Positions 49,404 to 60,468 of a stretch of 64,000 nt of DNA are shown piece after piece. Made by a program: the position numbers and the translations under genes. Each line of letters begins with the position of its first letter. The first letter of the stretch is position 1. This stretch comes from a virus. The notes beneath the pieces are model-generated. The model did no database searches and had not been told where the DNA came from. It saw only the letters and a program-made list of their open reading frames with translations. The stretch is taken from positions 25,831 to 89,830 of the IMG/VR virus record IMGVR_UViG_3300045049_000079. One strand, written 5' to 3'.

Positions 49404-52400
49404 GGCATCCAGCCTAACAATCACCGTAGTCAGTCAAGGAATTCAGGATGCTACGAAAGCACTCAACGACCTCGCCTCTGCTGGCGAGGCTGCGGAGAAT
49501 AAAACTTCTAACATTGGCAGTAGCACGAAATCTTCTGGTGACGCTGCTAAGAAAGCAGCAGAGGGTTTTTCTGCCCTGACGCAAACTGTCAATAACGCTG
49601 TTGCCTCGCAAGATGCCTCAGCAGCGACCCTAAAGAAAATCCAATCTCAAATTGAGAAGATGGACTACTCCAACTGGATTACCTCCGGCAAGCAAGCCGC
49701 TGCTGTACAGCGACAGATTGAGCAAGCCGACTACGATGGCTGGGTACAGCGTGGCAAAACTCAAAAGCAAGCCGAAGAGTTTATCACAACGCTGAAACGT
49801 CAAGCCGATACTGTTGGTATGACAACAAAAGAACTCCGCGAGTACAACGCTGAAATTCTTAGAAGTCGTGCTGCACAGTTGGGTGTGTCTGGTCAAGCCG
49901 ATGAGTACATTAACAAACTTAAAGGTGCAAAAGGTGCCCACGAAGGGTTGAGCCTTGCTACGGCAGGCACATCTCGCGAACTGCTCGTGCTGACACACGA
50001 ACTTGCCACAGGCCAGCTTAACCGCTTTTACGGCTCTCTGCTAGTCCTCGGTGAACGTATGAACGTTATGCCTCCTATCTGGAAAGCACTCGGCACTGCT
50101 GCTGAAGGTATGGGCGTTTCGTTTGGTGTTCTCCTTGGTGGCATTGTCGCTGTTGGTGTTGCTCTTGGCGTTGCAATCATGACCTACAGCAAGAGTGCCA
50201 CAGCCCTCAAAGATATGAACAAAGAACTTGTTCTGACGGGGGGTTATGCAGGCGCAACAGGCGACGCCCTCTACTCTATGGCTAACCAAATCGGTGCAGC
50301 CTACGGCGAGTTCGGCAAAGCCCGTGAAGCAGTTATTGCTCTGACAGCTACTGGTAAGTTCACAGTAGATCAAATCAATCTGATCGCTGAAGCTGCTGTC
50401 GGCATGGCTAAGTATGCAGGTGTTTCAGTTGAGAAAACTGCTGCTGCATTTGAAAAGCTTGCTGGCAATCCTTTGAAGATTACTGACAAGGGTTTCAAAG
50501 ATGTGTCTAACGCAGCTATGCAGCTTGACGAGCAGATGCACTTCCTTGAGCCTACAGTGCTTGCACATATCATGCATCTTGAGCGCCAAGGCGAACATGC
50601 TTCAGCATCTCGTGTTGCTATTGCAGCCCTCGCAGAAGAAGAGAAGAAACGTGCAGATGAATTGAAAGCGCAATTGACACCTCTTGGATCGTTGCTGGAC
50701 TCTCTGGCACAGAAAGCTTCTAATTTCTGGAATAACTTGCTACATAAAGGCAGTATGACAGATCAGATTGAAAAAGCTAAAGAAGATTTGCAGCATGCCA
50801 GAGACAATGGTGTTGGCCCCACTCGCATAAAAGAGTTGGAAAACGAATTGGCAGCGTTGCAGAACAAGGTTATTCAAGACAACTACGATGCTGCTGAACA
50901 GGGTCACAAGAAGACAATGGATCGGCTGGCTAATGAGCAGTTGACCTACATGCGCAACTTGATGGAACGCTCTAAGGGCGAAGAGAATCTTCAACAGCGT
51001 CTTGCTCGTTTTGACAACATCATTGCGCAACAGCGTGAGAAGGCTAAGAATGATCCGGCGTTTGCTGCAATGGCTAAGGACTTTCTGTCTGACGACGCGG
51101 TTGCACAGATGCGCAAACAAGTTGAGCGAGACAGTATCAAAGCTGCTCCTAAGCCTCATACAGAAGGTTTATCGAATCTGGATAAAGTTATTAGCCAGAT
51201 TAACGAAGAATACGAAGTTCAAAAGCGTGGTGTTGATAATCAAATCAAGCTGATTGACTTCAAAAACAAGTACGGCTTGAAATCTGATGAAGATACACAG
51301 AGCGAGAAAGAAGACCTTCTCGACAAGGCTATGAATCTTGAAAAAGATCATCTTGAGAAAGCCCTGAAGGAGATTGACAATTTCCACTCCAAAGATGTTC
51401 GCTTGATGAATGACGCTGCAACAAAGAAGGCGAACATCAAGAAGCAGCTCGACAAGGTAATGAGCGACATTCAGTTGAAGCAAGACGAGAACGCTCTTGT
51501 ACCCGATGTCAATTTCGCAGCGGATCAGGCCAAACAGCAGAAAGAGCAAGATCAAATCCTAAAACAAATTGAGCGTCAAACAAAAGCTGTTCAGGCTCAA
51601 GTGGATGCCTATAACAAGCTACCTGATGCTGTTAAAGCTGTCGGTGTGCGTCAGAAGGAAATGGCAAGCGAAGTTGAACAAGCTAAGATTGATTCTCTGC
51701 AAGTTGAGAAAGACTCTCTGCAAAGTAATGATCTGATTGAGCAGGCGATGAACAAACGTCGAATTGACCAGATTGACAAAGAGATCGCTGCCCGTAAAGC
51801 TCTGAAAGCTGTTGACGTTGCCAAAGAAGCTAACGACAAACAGAACAACACAGCACTCAACCGTTCCTCCGCCCTTACCAAAATCGCCACAGAGCAAGTG
51901 AAGATGTGGAAAGACACTGGCAACGAGATTGAACGTGCTTTGACAAGCGCTTTCGGCAATGCTGGTGCTGCTGCTGGCAAGATGTTCAAATCGTTCGCTG
52001 AAGGGCAAGCTTCCCAAGCGGAAATTCTTGACAAAATTCGTGTTGTCAAAGAAAAAGATGGCTTGACAGAGTACGAGCGTCAGAAACAAATCAATGATCT
52101 GCAATTGCAAGGCGCACAAAGCCAAATTGGTTCCTATGCCGGCATGGCAGACGCAGCTTCGATGTTCTTTGAAAAAGGCTCGACAGGCTATCAAGCAATG
52201 GCTAAAGCTGCGCAAATCTTGCACACAGCAGAAGTTGCGCTTAGTGTCATCAAAGGTGTCAACGCAATCCTGACACAAGGTGAAGGCGATCCTTACACGG
52301 CATTTGCACGTATGGCTGCAATGACAGCAATCGTGGCAGGGCTTGGTGTTGCAATCTCGGGTGGCGGTCATGGGGGAGGATTCTCTGCCGCTGACCAACA

Positions 52401-54306
52401 GCGTATTCAAGGCACTGGAACAGTTCTCGGTTCTCCGACAATCACTGACGGCACAAAAGTTATCCTTGCGGGTGAGAAAAGCAATTCGATTGAGAACTCT
52501 CTGAAGATCGCAGAGAAGAATTCAGGTCTTGGCTTGGCTGTACAGAACGATATGTTGATTGCGTTGCAGCAGTTGAATAACAATATCACTAGCTTCGCGG
52601 AGCAACTGGTACGAAACACTGACTTGTCGAATCCGAATATCAACCTGAATAGCAATAATGGCTTCGGCAAAACTGCTGTCACCACAACTTTAGTATCTGC
52701 TGCGACCGCAATCCTTGGACCTATTGCTGGAATTACCACTTACATTGCAACAAAGATTCCAGTTATTGGAAACTTGCTTGGCAAACTTGGCACAAGTATT
52801 TTTGGTGGCAAACAGTCGTTGGATGACTCTGGCTTCACTATTGGTAAGACTAACCTGGGCAACGTGATGACAGGTGGACTTAATGCGCAATCTTACGCGA
52901 ACATCACAACATCTGGCGGTTGGTTCAGCAGTGACAAGCATGAGACTAAACTTTCTTCACTGGGGAAAGACACAAACGATCAGATTTCGCAAGTAATCTT
53001 GAGCATGTCTGACACCCTCAAAGTCGCCGCAAAAGGTCTTGGAATCGATGGAGATGCCTTCAACAATAAACTGAAAGGCTTTGTCATCGACATCGGCAAA
53101 GTGAGTTTCAAAGGTATGTCTGGAGACGAGATTCAAAAGACTCTTCAGAATGTCTTTTCCAAGCTTGGCGATCAGATGGCTCAATACGCATTCTCCGATC
53201 TTCAGAAGTATCAAAAGATTGGCGAAGGGTTGATGGAAACAGTTGTTCGTGTGGCAAATGACTTACAGCAGTTCAACGACGTGATGAAAGTGCTTGGACG
53301 TTCTGTCCCGCAAGCGGCTTACGGAATTGCTCAAGCCGAAAAGCTCGTTGAAAGTTTTGGTAGCTCTGATGCTTTGACGAAAGCTGTCAAATCGTACGAA
53401 GATGCAATCTACACAGATAATGAAAAGCTCGCCCCTGTGATTAAGTCTGTTCAGGATTCGCTTGCTTCCATGGGTCTGTCCAGCATCAAGACGAAAGAAG
53501 ACTTCAAGCTAGTTGTTGATAGCCTTGATCTGACATCTGATGCTGGCATTGCACTGTTTAATAAGCTGATGACCCTTGCCCCTACATTTGGTACAGCAAT
53601 TGATGGGCTTTCCAAAGCTAATCAAACTACCAAAGATTCGATGCAGAGTGTTATCGACAAGCTGAAGCAATTCTCTGACAACATCAAGAAGTTCCGTGAT
53701 GGGTTGGTGTTGAGTGCAAACTCTCCATTCACTCCTGCACAGAAGCTTGCAGATGCTGCTAGTCAGTTTGAGAACACAATCACCAAGGCAATGAAGGGGG
53801 ATAGTAACGCTCAAGGTGAAGTGACCAATATCGCTCAGTCGTATTTGGATGCTGCTCGCACGATGTTTGCCAGTAGCGACGCTTACACAGAAGTATTTAA
53901 TAAAGTGGAAGCTGAATTGGCTAAGGTGCAAGGGTTTGCTGATAATGGTGTCTCCGACACGCAGAAGCAACTGAACACCATGAACGATCAGTTGACAAGC
54001 TTGAATACTTTGAATGGCACCGCATCGGATATTCTCGCGAGCCTTAATAACTTGGTGAATGGTACTGCTCCTGCTACCACAGCTACGAGCAATGAAGCAA
54101 CTAATGCAGAACTGTTGCAAACTCTAAAAACTATTGTTGGAACTCTCCAGCAAAGCGATCAGAACAACGTCGATGCTCTTAGCCGTGCTGCTGCTGCCAC
54201 TTACGATGGTCATGCAACCACTACGGACGTTCTCAAGAACGGACTTAAGGCGCTTGCCAAGGATGCTAGAAACTCTGGTGCTCTGTACCACAAAGTAGAA
54301 CGATAA
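49393..54306 (+). CDS. tape measure protein
   Basis: 1637 aa, helical Ala-rich, lambda-like LVLTGGYAG segment. Confidence 0.92.
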   Translation: MALEASSLTITVVSQGIQDATKALNDLASAGEAAENKTSNIGSSTKSSGDAAKKAAEGFSALTQTVNNAVASQDASAATLKKIQSQIEKMDYSNWITSGKQAAAVQRQIEQADYDGWVQRGKTQKQAEEFITTLKRQADTVGMTTKELREYNAEILRSRAAQLGVSGQADEYINKLKGAKGAHEGLSLATAGTSRELLVLTHELATGQLNRFYGSLLVLGERMNVMPPIWKALGTAAEGMGVSFGVLLGGIVAVGVALGVAIMTYSKSATALKDMNKELVLTGGYAGATGDALYSMANQIGAAYGEFGKAREAVIALTATGKFTVDQINLIAEAAVGMAKYAGVSVEKTAAAFEKLAGNPLKITDKGFKDVSNAAMQLDEQMHFLEPTVLAHIMHLERQGEHASASRVAIAALAEEEKKRADELKAQLTPLGSLLDSLAQKASNFWNNLLHKGSMTDQIEKAKEDLQHARDNGVGPTRIKELENELAALQNKVIQDNYDAAEQGHKKTMDRLANEQLTYMRNLMERSKGEENLQQRLARFDNIIAQQREKAKNDPAFAAMAKDFLSDDAVAQMRKQVERDSIKAAPKPHTEGLSNLDKVISQINEEYEVQKRGVDNQIKLIDFKNKYGLKSDEDTQSEKEDLLDKAMNLEKDHLEKALKEIDNFHSKDVRLMNDAATKKANIKKQLDKVMSDIQLKQDENALVPDVNFAADQAKQQKEQDQILKQIERQTKAVQAQVDAYNKLPDAVKAVGVRQKEMASEVEQAKIDSLQVEKDSLQSNDLIEQAMNKRRIDQIDKEIAARKALKAVDVAKEANDKQNNTALNRSSALTKIATEQVKMWKDTGNEIERALTSAFGNAGAAAGKMFKSFAEGQASQAEILDKIRVVKEKDGLTEYERQKQINDLQLQGAQSQIGSYAGMADAASMFFEKGSTGYQAMAKAAQILHTAEVALSVIKGVNAILTQGEGDPYTAFARMAAMTAIVAGLGVAISGGGHGGGFSAADQQRIQGTGTVLGSPTITDGTKVILAGEKSNSIENSLKIAEKNSGLGLAVQNDMLIALQQLNNNITSFAEQLVRNTDLSNPNINLNSNNGFGKTAVTTTLVSAATAILGPIAGITTYIATKIPVIGNLLGKLGTSIFGGKQSLDDSGFTIGKTNLGNVMTGGLNAQSYANITTSGGWFSSDKHETKLSSLGKDTNDQISQVILSMSDTLKVAAKGLGIDGDAFNNKLKGFVIDIGKVSFKGMSGDEIQKTLQNVFSKLGDQMAQYAFSDLQKYQKIGEGLMETVVRVANDLQQFNDVMKVLGRSVPQAAYGIAQAEKLVESFGSSDALTKAVKSYEDAIYTDNEKLAPVIKSVQDSLASMGLSSIKTKEDFKLVVDSLDLTSDAGIALFNKLMTLAPTFGTAIDGLSKANQTTKDSMQSVIDKLKQFSDNIKKFRDGLVLSANSPFTPAQKLADAASQFENTITKAMKGDSNAQGEVTNIAQSYLDAARTMFASSDAYTEVFNKVEAELAKVQGFADNGVSDTQKQLNTMNDQLTSLNTLNGTASDILASLNNLVNGTAPATTATSNEATNAELLQTLKTIVGTLQQSDQNNVDALSRAAAATYDGHATTTDVLKNGLKALAKDARNSGALYHKVER

Positions 54307-54321
54307 GAAAGGAAATGATAC

Positions 54322-55788
54322 ATGGTAGACTTTACTGCTTGGCTCAGTAATCCTACCGCTTCTCGTATTGTGTTAGTTGAGGTGAATGTGAAGAGCAACG
54401 GACAGGAAACTGTCCGTTTTCTCTCCACACGGCCTTACGTTACCTCTCCTACAGATATTCCCGCTAACCAGTATTACGATCCAATCGTCGTAGAAGGTAT
54501 TCAATACACTGAAGTGTTGGATATCGCTGGTACTGGCGGGATGTCTGGTGGGGACATCAGCGTAGCCAACTACAATGGAGAGCGGGATGGCTGGCTTGAT
54601 GATGTGTGGGACAATCGAAGCATCAAAGCTTGGATTGGCGATCCTTCGTGGGCTAGAAGTGATTTCCAACTTATCTTCAACGGCATTGTTGCAACGCTCC
54701 ACAGCAACTCTCGGGACACGCTAACGCTTGTTCTTCGCGACAAGCTTCAACAATTGAATGCTCCGGTAACGGATCAGAAGATTGGTGGCACTGGCACGAA
54801 CAAGGATAATGTTGTAAGCCTTACGTTTGGTGAAGCGCATAATGTCACACCACAGCTTTCTGATGCCTCTTTGCTGAAGTATCAAGTGCACAATGGTCCG
54901 ATTGAGGGCATCTTGGAAGTGCGGGATAACGGGCAGCCTGTCAGCGTGAGTGTTGATACCACAACAGGAACTTTCAGGCTTAATCAAGCTTCGGCTGGTG
55001 AAATTACTGTGTCAGTACAAGGGGATAAGAACTCTACGTACAACAATACAATCTCCACAGTTATTCAACGTCTCGTTACAGGGTTTGGTAACTCCCTTTC
55101 ACGCTTCACTTCTGCTGATTTAGATATAGCTAATCTTGCAGCATTTGATACGCAATGTCCGCAACCAATAGGTATCTTTGCAGACGGGAATACAAATCTT
55201 CTGACGCTTTGCCAAGATATTGCAGCTAGCGTAGATGCACGCCTTGTGATGTCTCGTGCAGGGCTTTTGCGTCTTATTCAAGTTAGTGTTCCCGGCTCTG
55301 GAACGGCTGTCCCTATTGGGCCTGCTCAGATTCTTGAGAAGTCGTTGGTCATCCAAGACAGGCCGCTTGTTAAAGCTGCTGTGACACTCGGATTTGACAA
55401 AAACTGGACTGTGCAGGATAATCTTCTTACGGGAATTCCCGACGCACATAAGACGATGTTTGCCACAGAATGGCTGACATCAACGTCTACAAACCTGCAA
55501 GCCAAAGCTGATTACAAGCTTAACGACGCGCCTCCACAAACTGACACAATGCTTAAGCGGCGCACTGACGCTGATGCTGAAGCTAATCGTCGTGTTGCTG
55601 TCTGGAGTGTCCCACGCACAGTGTTCCAATTTGAAGGTACGGCTGATTTGATTGGCTCGCTATCTCTTGGCTGTGCTGCAACGCTTACGCATCCTCGTTT
55701 TGGTTTGTCGGCAGGTAAGACAGGTACGATTGTTTCTCTTTCTCCTAATTGGTTCAAAGGCACAATCACTGTACAGATTTTAATTTAA
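54322..55788 (+). CDS. tail tip/hub protein
   Basis: position after the TMP; FGE.HNVTP, VRDNG motifs. Confidence 0.65.
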   Translation: MVDFTAWLSNPTASRIVLVEVNVKSNGQETVRFLSTRPYVTSPTDIPANQYYDPIVVEGIQYTEVLDIAGTGGMSGGDISVANYNGERDGWLDDVWDNRSIKAWIGDPSWARSDFQLIFNGIVATLHSNSRDTLTLVLRDKLQQLNAPVTDQKIGGTGTNKDNVVSLTFGEAHNVTPQLSDASLLKYQVHNGPIEGILEVRDNGQPVSVSVDTTTGTFRLNQASAGEITVSVQGDKNSTYNNTISTVIQRLVTGFGNSLSRFTSADLDIANLAAFDTQCPQPIGIFADGNTNLLTLCQDIAASVDARLVMSRAGLLRLIQVSVPGSGTAVPIGPAQILEKSLVIQDRPLVKAAVTLGFDKNWTVQDNLLTGIPDAHKTMFATEWLTSTSTNLQAKADYKLNDAPPQTDTMLKRRTDADAEANRRVAVWSVPRTVFQFEGTADLIGSLSLGCAATLTHPRFGLSAGKTGTIVSLSPNWFKGTITVQILI

Positions 55789-55798
55789 AGGATAATAA

Positions 55799-58700
55799 AT
55801 GGCAACAGTAATTGGGGATCGTGACGTACTGCTGTTGGGCAGTTCGCAGCGTGCGCTTAATCCGCTCAACTCAGGAATTCTCCTGACGACAAGCGCTCCA
55901 GCATTTAAAGTTGATACGAGTGGTAATCCGCTTCCTTCCTCGATTACTGTTAAAGCCAGCTTGATCGGTATTACAGGATTTGTCAATTTCAGTGCCACAG
56001 GTGCTACTGTTACCGATCATGGCGATAACACTGCAACACTTGCATACTCGTCACTGACAGGTGCTTCGTGCACTGTGACAGCTAACATCACTGTAAATGG
56101 TCAAGCGTTTACTAGCAGCGTCACTCTTGCTAAAGTTACCGACGGGGCATCCGGCACTTCAGGCACAAGCGGTAATCAATATGCGACAGCTTACTTGTAT
56201 CAGTGGGCACCAAGCACTCCTGCGCTTCCCACTGGAACGTCGGGCTACACTTGGTCCACTGGAGTAAACAGTACATATTCTGCTTCGGATGGTTGGAGTA
56301 CCACTGTACCTGCTAATCCCGGTACGCCTGGATTGAAATTGTATGTAGCGAGCACACAAGTTACGGCCAGCGCTGGCACAACTTCTACAGTGGTTTCTTA
56401 CTCCACTGCATCTGTACAAGCATGGACGCAGAACGGAGCCAATGGTACGAACGGAACTAATGGCACAAATGGTGCAAACGGAGTCCAATCTGTAAATGCA
56501 CGAGTTTATCAATGGGCTGCGACTATTCCTGCCGCCCCTGCTGGTTCACCAACGTACACATGGAGCAACGGCAACATCAGCGTTATTCCTTCTGGATGGT
56601 CTTCCACACCCGGAACTGCGCCATCTCAAGGCATGACATTGTGGGCCGCTCAAGTGTTTGTCACAGATACAGCAACGGCCACTCAGACAACATTTAATTG
56701 GTCTAACAGTGCTGTTGTTGCTGTTGGTTATTCTGGCTCTAATGGCGCTGCTGGCGCTTCTGGAGCTTCTTACGTCACAGCCTATTGCGCGTCGTCCACA
56801 GGAACCACTAGCACTGCTCCTGCACAAACAACTGGCAAGACAAGCCTGCCTGCTACCAATGATGGTGGCATCGCAGGAACGTGGGCTGCAACGGTTCCTA
56901 CTTTGTCTACAGGGCAATACCTCTATCAGTCTGACGGTATTTATGATCCGAGTACGAATAAGGTCACTTGGTCGATTCCTTATTGGTCGTCGCTGAAGGT
57001 TGGCAGTTTGTCGGCTGTGTCGGCTAATACTGGCAGACTTACGGTTAGCGATGTTATTTCGGATGCTGGTGGTAATTGGTCGCTCGACAGCAACGGACAC
57101 ATGATTGCCAAATCAATTGATTTGCAAGACAGTGCAGGAAATACTTTCTTGTCTGCGGGTGTTCCGTTACCAGCCTCGCATTTTGGCGGCACGCTCGGCG
57201 GCGACAACCTGATGAACAACAGCAGCTTCGAGGTACAAGACTCCTCAAATGTACCTCTAGGCTACCGGGTCTATAACAATGGTGGGTCGGCCAGCGTGTC
57301 GTATTTGATTGTACCCGGTCGCACTGGCGGAAAAGCGTTTGCTATTCGTGCGACCGCAACAAGTAGCACAACGTTCGGTCTTACATCAAGCAATCTGTAT
57401 GCCGATCCTGGGGTAACTGGCGGTATTCAAGGCGGCTGGCAACCGAACAAGACCTACATCGTTTCGTTCAAGGCTAAGAAGGTCAATGGCGCCAACATGA
57501 ACACCATGTGGCTCCAGTGGAATACCGCGCCCGCCACAGCGACTTGGGTGACCCGTCCAAACCTCACGACAAGCTGGCAGACCTACACCGCTCGGATCAC
57601 ATGGGGCTCTTCAGTAGAATCTCAAGGGCAGTTGTATCTGGATACAATCAACGGCGTTGGGCCTGTTGTCTCTGGTGACGAATTCTGGATTGACGAATTA
57701 ATTATCCAAGAGGGCGACGTTTATTCCGAGTGGTTCCAAAGCTCCCGCGAAGCCAAAGCGACGGCGGACAGCGCTATTAACACACTCAATACGATCGCAG
57801 ACGACAATACGTTATCTAAGGGTGAGAAGTCTGCTGCAATCGCCGCATGGAACGCTGCGGACGCTGAATGGAATACACTTCTAACGCAAGCTGACTCGCT
57901 CGGCGTAGACAGAAGCGCTTATAACACTGCACACCAGAACCTCTCCAACTACCTGCTGTCGATCAGTCCTTCGTGGTCGGACACAACAACAGACTCGCCG
58001 ATTGTGGGATCGACGTGGCGTAGCAATTGGACTTCGTATTACAATGAGAAGCAGAAGCTTATTAATGCGCTGGCAGCAAAGGCGTCAACTTTGTCTACGT
58101 GGAACGGCGTGAGCGGCGCAGGTAAACCGCAGGATAACGCGACGAACGGCAATGTCATCAACGGCGACCCGAATTTCGTGAATGCCTCGCTTTGGACGGT
58201 TTGGCAGAACACGAGTAATGCGAACATTCAGTTCAACTACGCTGCCAACGCACCGGGGCAAACGGCGCCGACGTGCGTTCTGCCGACCAATCCGGCCGGC
58301 ACGGGCAACGCCGAAGTGTGGCTACTGGAGAACAAGCGCTATCCGATCAGCGCAGCCAAAACGTACCGCCTGGCTGCTTACATTTACAGCAGCAGCGGCA
58401 ACGACCGCATGTTCTATCTGGCCGTCGATTTCTATGACGTCAGCGGAAATCGGCTCGGCACTAGCTGGGGCGGTACGTGGTCGGGTTACCCGGTAAGCGG
58501 CGTCCCAACTTCGAACAGCACGTTCAACCGATACAAGGGTGATTTCGGCGCCAATACGTCGTACGCCATTCCTGCCGGTGCGGTTACGTGCAGCGTGGGC
58601 ATCATCCTGAACTACAATCCGAGTGGATATAACGGTGGCGTGATGGCGGCACAAGGCTTCGTGTTCACCGACATCACGGACGGCGCAACAATTGGTTTAA

Positions 58701-59875
58701 ATCTTGGTGGACAATTCACCTCGTCCAACGCTTCCACATACATTGCTAACGCTGCAATCCAATCAGCAATGATTAACGATCTGCGCACAAGCAATTACGC
58801 AGAAGATGGAAGCGGTAATCCTACTTCTGGTGCGAAGATGGCATCCGGTGGGACAGCTATGAAGGTTGCCTCGGATAACCTGCAAATTGGCTCGCGGGTA
58901 TTTACGGATTATTGGTTCCGTCTGCTGCAAGGCATTGATGGTAGCTATTCTGTTGGCAGGGTTATCTGGCGTGGTAACAATGATGTATCGACGCGCGGCG
59001 GTGCGCCGAACATCAACTGCCTTTCCATGACTTCACAAATGTCGCTGAATTCGAATTCGCGACAGATTGCTATATTCGGCTACACGTTGACGCCTACCAG
59101 CTACAACAGCTATACGGACAATCTCGACGCAATGTCTCAGATTCATGTTCAGCTTTTCGACAATGCGACCGACGCCAGCCCAGCATCTGAAGCTTATGAA
59201 GTATGTAATTCTCGTACCTACGATGGCAATGCGGGCGCGGTTCGTGGCACTGTTATTTGCTGGAAGTTGAGCCCATATGAAACCGTGTACGGGTACGCCG
59301 GATATGTTCGTGCTCGCATATCCAACAGCTACGGGTGGTCGGCGACAAAGGACTTTGGCCCAGCTACAAGCTTTGGCGGCACTCTCCCAAATGCGACTAT
59401 TACAGGCACTGGTGGTTCGTCTGGTGGTGGTTCGGGCGGTACGTCAGGCGGCGGCGGCGGTGCATGCCCTGCCCCATGGGTCAAAGTGAAGCTGGTTAAT
59501 GGCAAAGAAGTCAATGCTAGCGAATTGCATAATGGTGCTCGTGTTATGGCTGTTGATGACAACACGATGGAATCACTTCCTAACGGTGGTGTTCTGCGCG
59601 ATGTTCACACAATTTGGTCTAAACGGTATCGCTTGAAGTTGACAAATGGTGAGGCTACGGAGTGGAGTGCTAATCACCGCTTCGCTGTCGTTGATCGTGG
59701 CTGGGTTAATATTCAAAATCTTCGTCCGGGCGATCATATCATGGGTTTGAAAGAATGTACCGTCGAGAGTGTGCTGTTTGTTGGTGAAGGTGAAGTTGTG
59801 TCCTACCGAGTAGAAGGCGCAGGTACGTATTTTGCTGGAAACATGCTCTGCCATAACCTGAAAACTCCCAGCTAA
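55799..59875 (+). CDS. central tail fibre/receptor-binding protein with C-terminal Hint domain
   Basis: G-x-N repeats, carbohydrate-binding-like modules, Gly linker, then C...SANH...WV...L.PGD...TYFAG..CHN. Confidence 0.8.
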   Translation: MATVIGDRDVLLLGSSQRALNPLNSGILLTTSAPAFKVDTSGNPLPSSITVKASLIGITGFVNFSATGATVTDHGDNTATLAYSSLTGASCTVTANITVNGQAFTSSVTLAKVTDGASGTSGTSGNQYATAYLYQWAPSTPALPTGTSGYTWSTGVNSTYSASDGWSTTVPANPGTPGLKLYVASTQVTASAGTTSTVVSYSTASVQAWTQNGANGTNGTNGTNGANGVQSVNARVYQWAATIPAAPAGSPTYTWSNGNISVIPSGWSSTPGTAPSQGMTLWAAQVFVTDTATATQTTFNWSNSAVVAVGYSGSNGAAGASGASYVTAYCASSTGTTSTAPAQTTGKTSLPATNDGGIAGTWAATVPTLSTGQYLYQSDGIYDPSTNKVTWSIPYWSSLKVGSLSAVSANTGRLTVSDVISDAGGNWSLDSNGHMIAKSIDLQDSAGNTFLSAGVPLPASHFGGTLGGDNLMNNSSFEVQDSSNVPLGYRVYNNGGSASVSYLIVPGRTGGKAFAIRATATSSTTFGLTSSNLYADPGVTGGIQGGWQPNKTYIVSFKAKKVNGANMNTMWLQWNTAPATATWVTRPNLTTSWQTYTARITWGSSVESQGQLYLDTINGVGPVVSGDEFWIDELIIQEGDVYSEWFQSSREAKATADSAINTLNTIADDNTLSKGEKSAAIAAWNAADAEWNTLLTQADSLGVDRSAYNTAHQNLSNYLLSISPSWSDTTTDSPIVGSTWRSNWTSYYNEKQKLINALAAKASTLSTWNGVSGAGKPQDNATNGNVINGDPNFVNASLWTVWQNTSNANIQFNYAANAPGQTAPTCVLPTNPAGTGNAEVWLLENKRYPISAAKTYRLAAYIYSSSGNDRMFYLAVDFYDVSGNRLGTSWGGTWSGYPVSGVPTSNSTFNRYKGDFGANTSYAIPAGAVTCSVGIILNYNPSGYNGGVMAAQGFVFTDITDGATIGLNLGGQFTSSNASTYIANAAIQSAMINDLRTSNYAEDGSGNPTSGAKMASGGTAMKVASDNLQIGSRVFTDYWFRLLQGIDGSYSVGRVIWRGNNDVSTRGGAPNINCLSMTSQMSLNSNSRQIAIFGYTLTPTSYNSYTDNLDAMSQIHVQLFDNATDASPASEAYEVCNSRTYDGNAGAVRGTVICWKLSPYETVYGYAGYVRARISNSYGWSATKDFGPATSFGGTLPNATITGTGGSSGGGSGGTSGGGGGACPAPWVKVKLVNGKEVNASELHNGARVMAVDDNTMESLPNGGVLRDVHTIWSKRYRLKLTNGEATEWSANHRFAVVDRGWVNIQNLRPGDHIMGLKECTVESVLFVGEGEVVSYRVEGAGTYFAGNMLCHNLKTPS

Positions 59876-59889
59876 TTAAAAAGGAAAAT

Positions 59890-60405
59890 ATGAGTAATAT
59901 TGATATCCAGACAGCGCTTGCTAATGAAGCTCGTCGCCAAGAACTTCGCTCTAGCATCGCAGAACTAAAGGGCCGCATGGACGCAACAGCCTCGGCTGTG
60001 CAGCGGCTTAACAGTGTTAATAGCGATAGCCAAATTGCTCTCACGGAGAAGCAGGCTGAACTGGCGGCTCTGGAAGCCGGTGCTGGTCCAGGCATTACAG
60101 CCGATTACGGCCCTAAGTCTACAATCACACAATTGATTGAGAAGGAGCGGTTTGCTGCCAAGTCTGCCACGATAGATTTTGTTAAAGCTAATCCTGCTTG
60201 CACTGAAGCTGATGCCGCCGCTGCTTGGAATCAGGCAGCTTTAGCAAGTCATCCAGAGTTTGCATCTGTTATTCAGGATGGGATGATTATGTCTGCTCTG
60301 TATCGTGGGAACATGGTGGCTGCTGGGCTTATCACAGAAAACACTTGGGAAGCCCATCGTCAATTCATTCTCAATACACCAGTTGACACATTGAATACGC
60401 TGTGA
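59890..60405 (+). CDS. hypothetical protein with N-terminal coiled coil
   Basis: AAGGA RBS; directly after the fibre gene. Confidence 0.75.
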   Translation: MSNIDIQTALANEARRQELRSSIAELKGRMDATASAVQRLNSVNSDSQIALTEKQAELAALEAGAGPGITADYGPKSTITQLIEKERFAAKSATIDFVKANPACTEADAAAAWNQAALASHPEFASVIQDGMIMSALYRGNMVAAGLITENTWEAHRQFILNTPVDTLNTL

Positions 60406-60468
60406 TGATTTTTGACTAAAAGCAATTCCAATGTTATAATCCTTAACATTGTTATTAGAGGATATTGA

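Noticed and set aside
29867-54120. Many long minus-strand ORFs opposite structural genes (e.g. 31246-32079, 33087-34067, 51619-52410)
   Set aside because: Shadow frames from codon bias; no RBSs or recognisable motifs
56429-56482. AATGGTACG-like short tandem repeats
   Set aside because: They encode an ordinary G-x-N fibre linker
55799-59875. Diversity-generating retroelement target, or a true splicing intein
   Set aside because: No reverse transcriptase or TR/VR pair is seen; the Hint +1 residue is Leu with only a 5-aa C-extein
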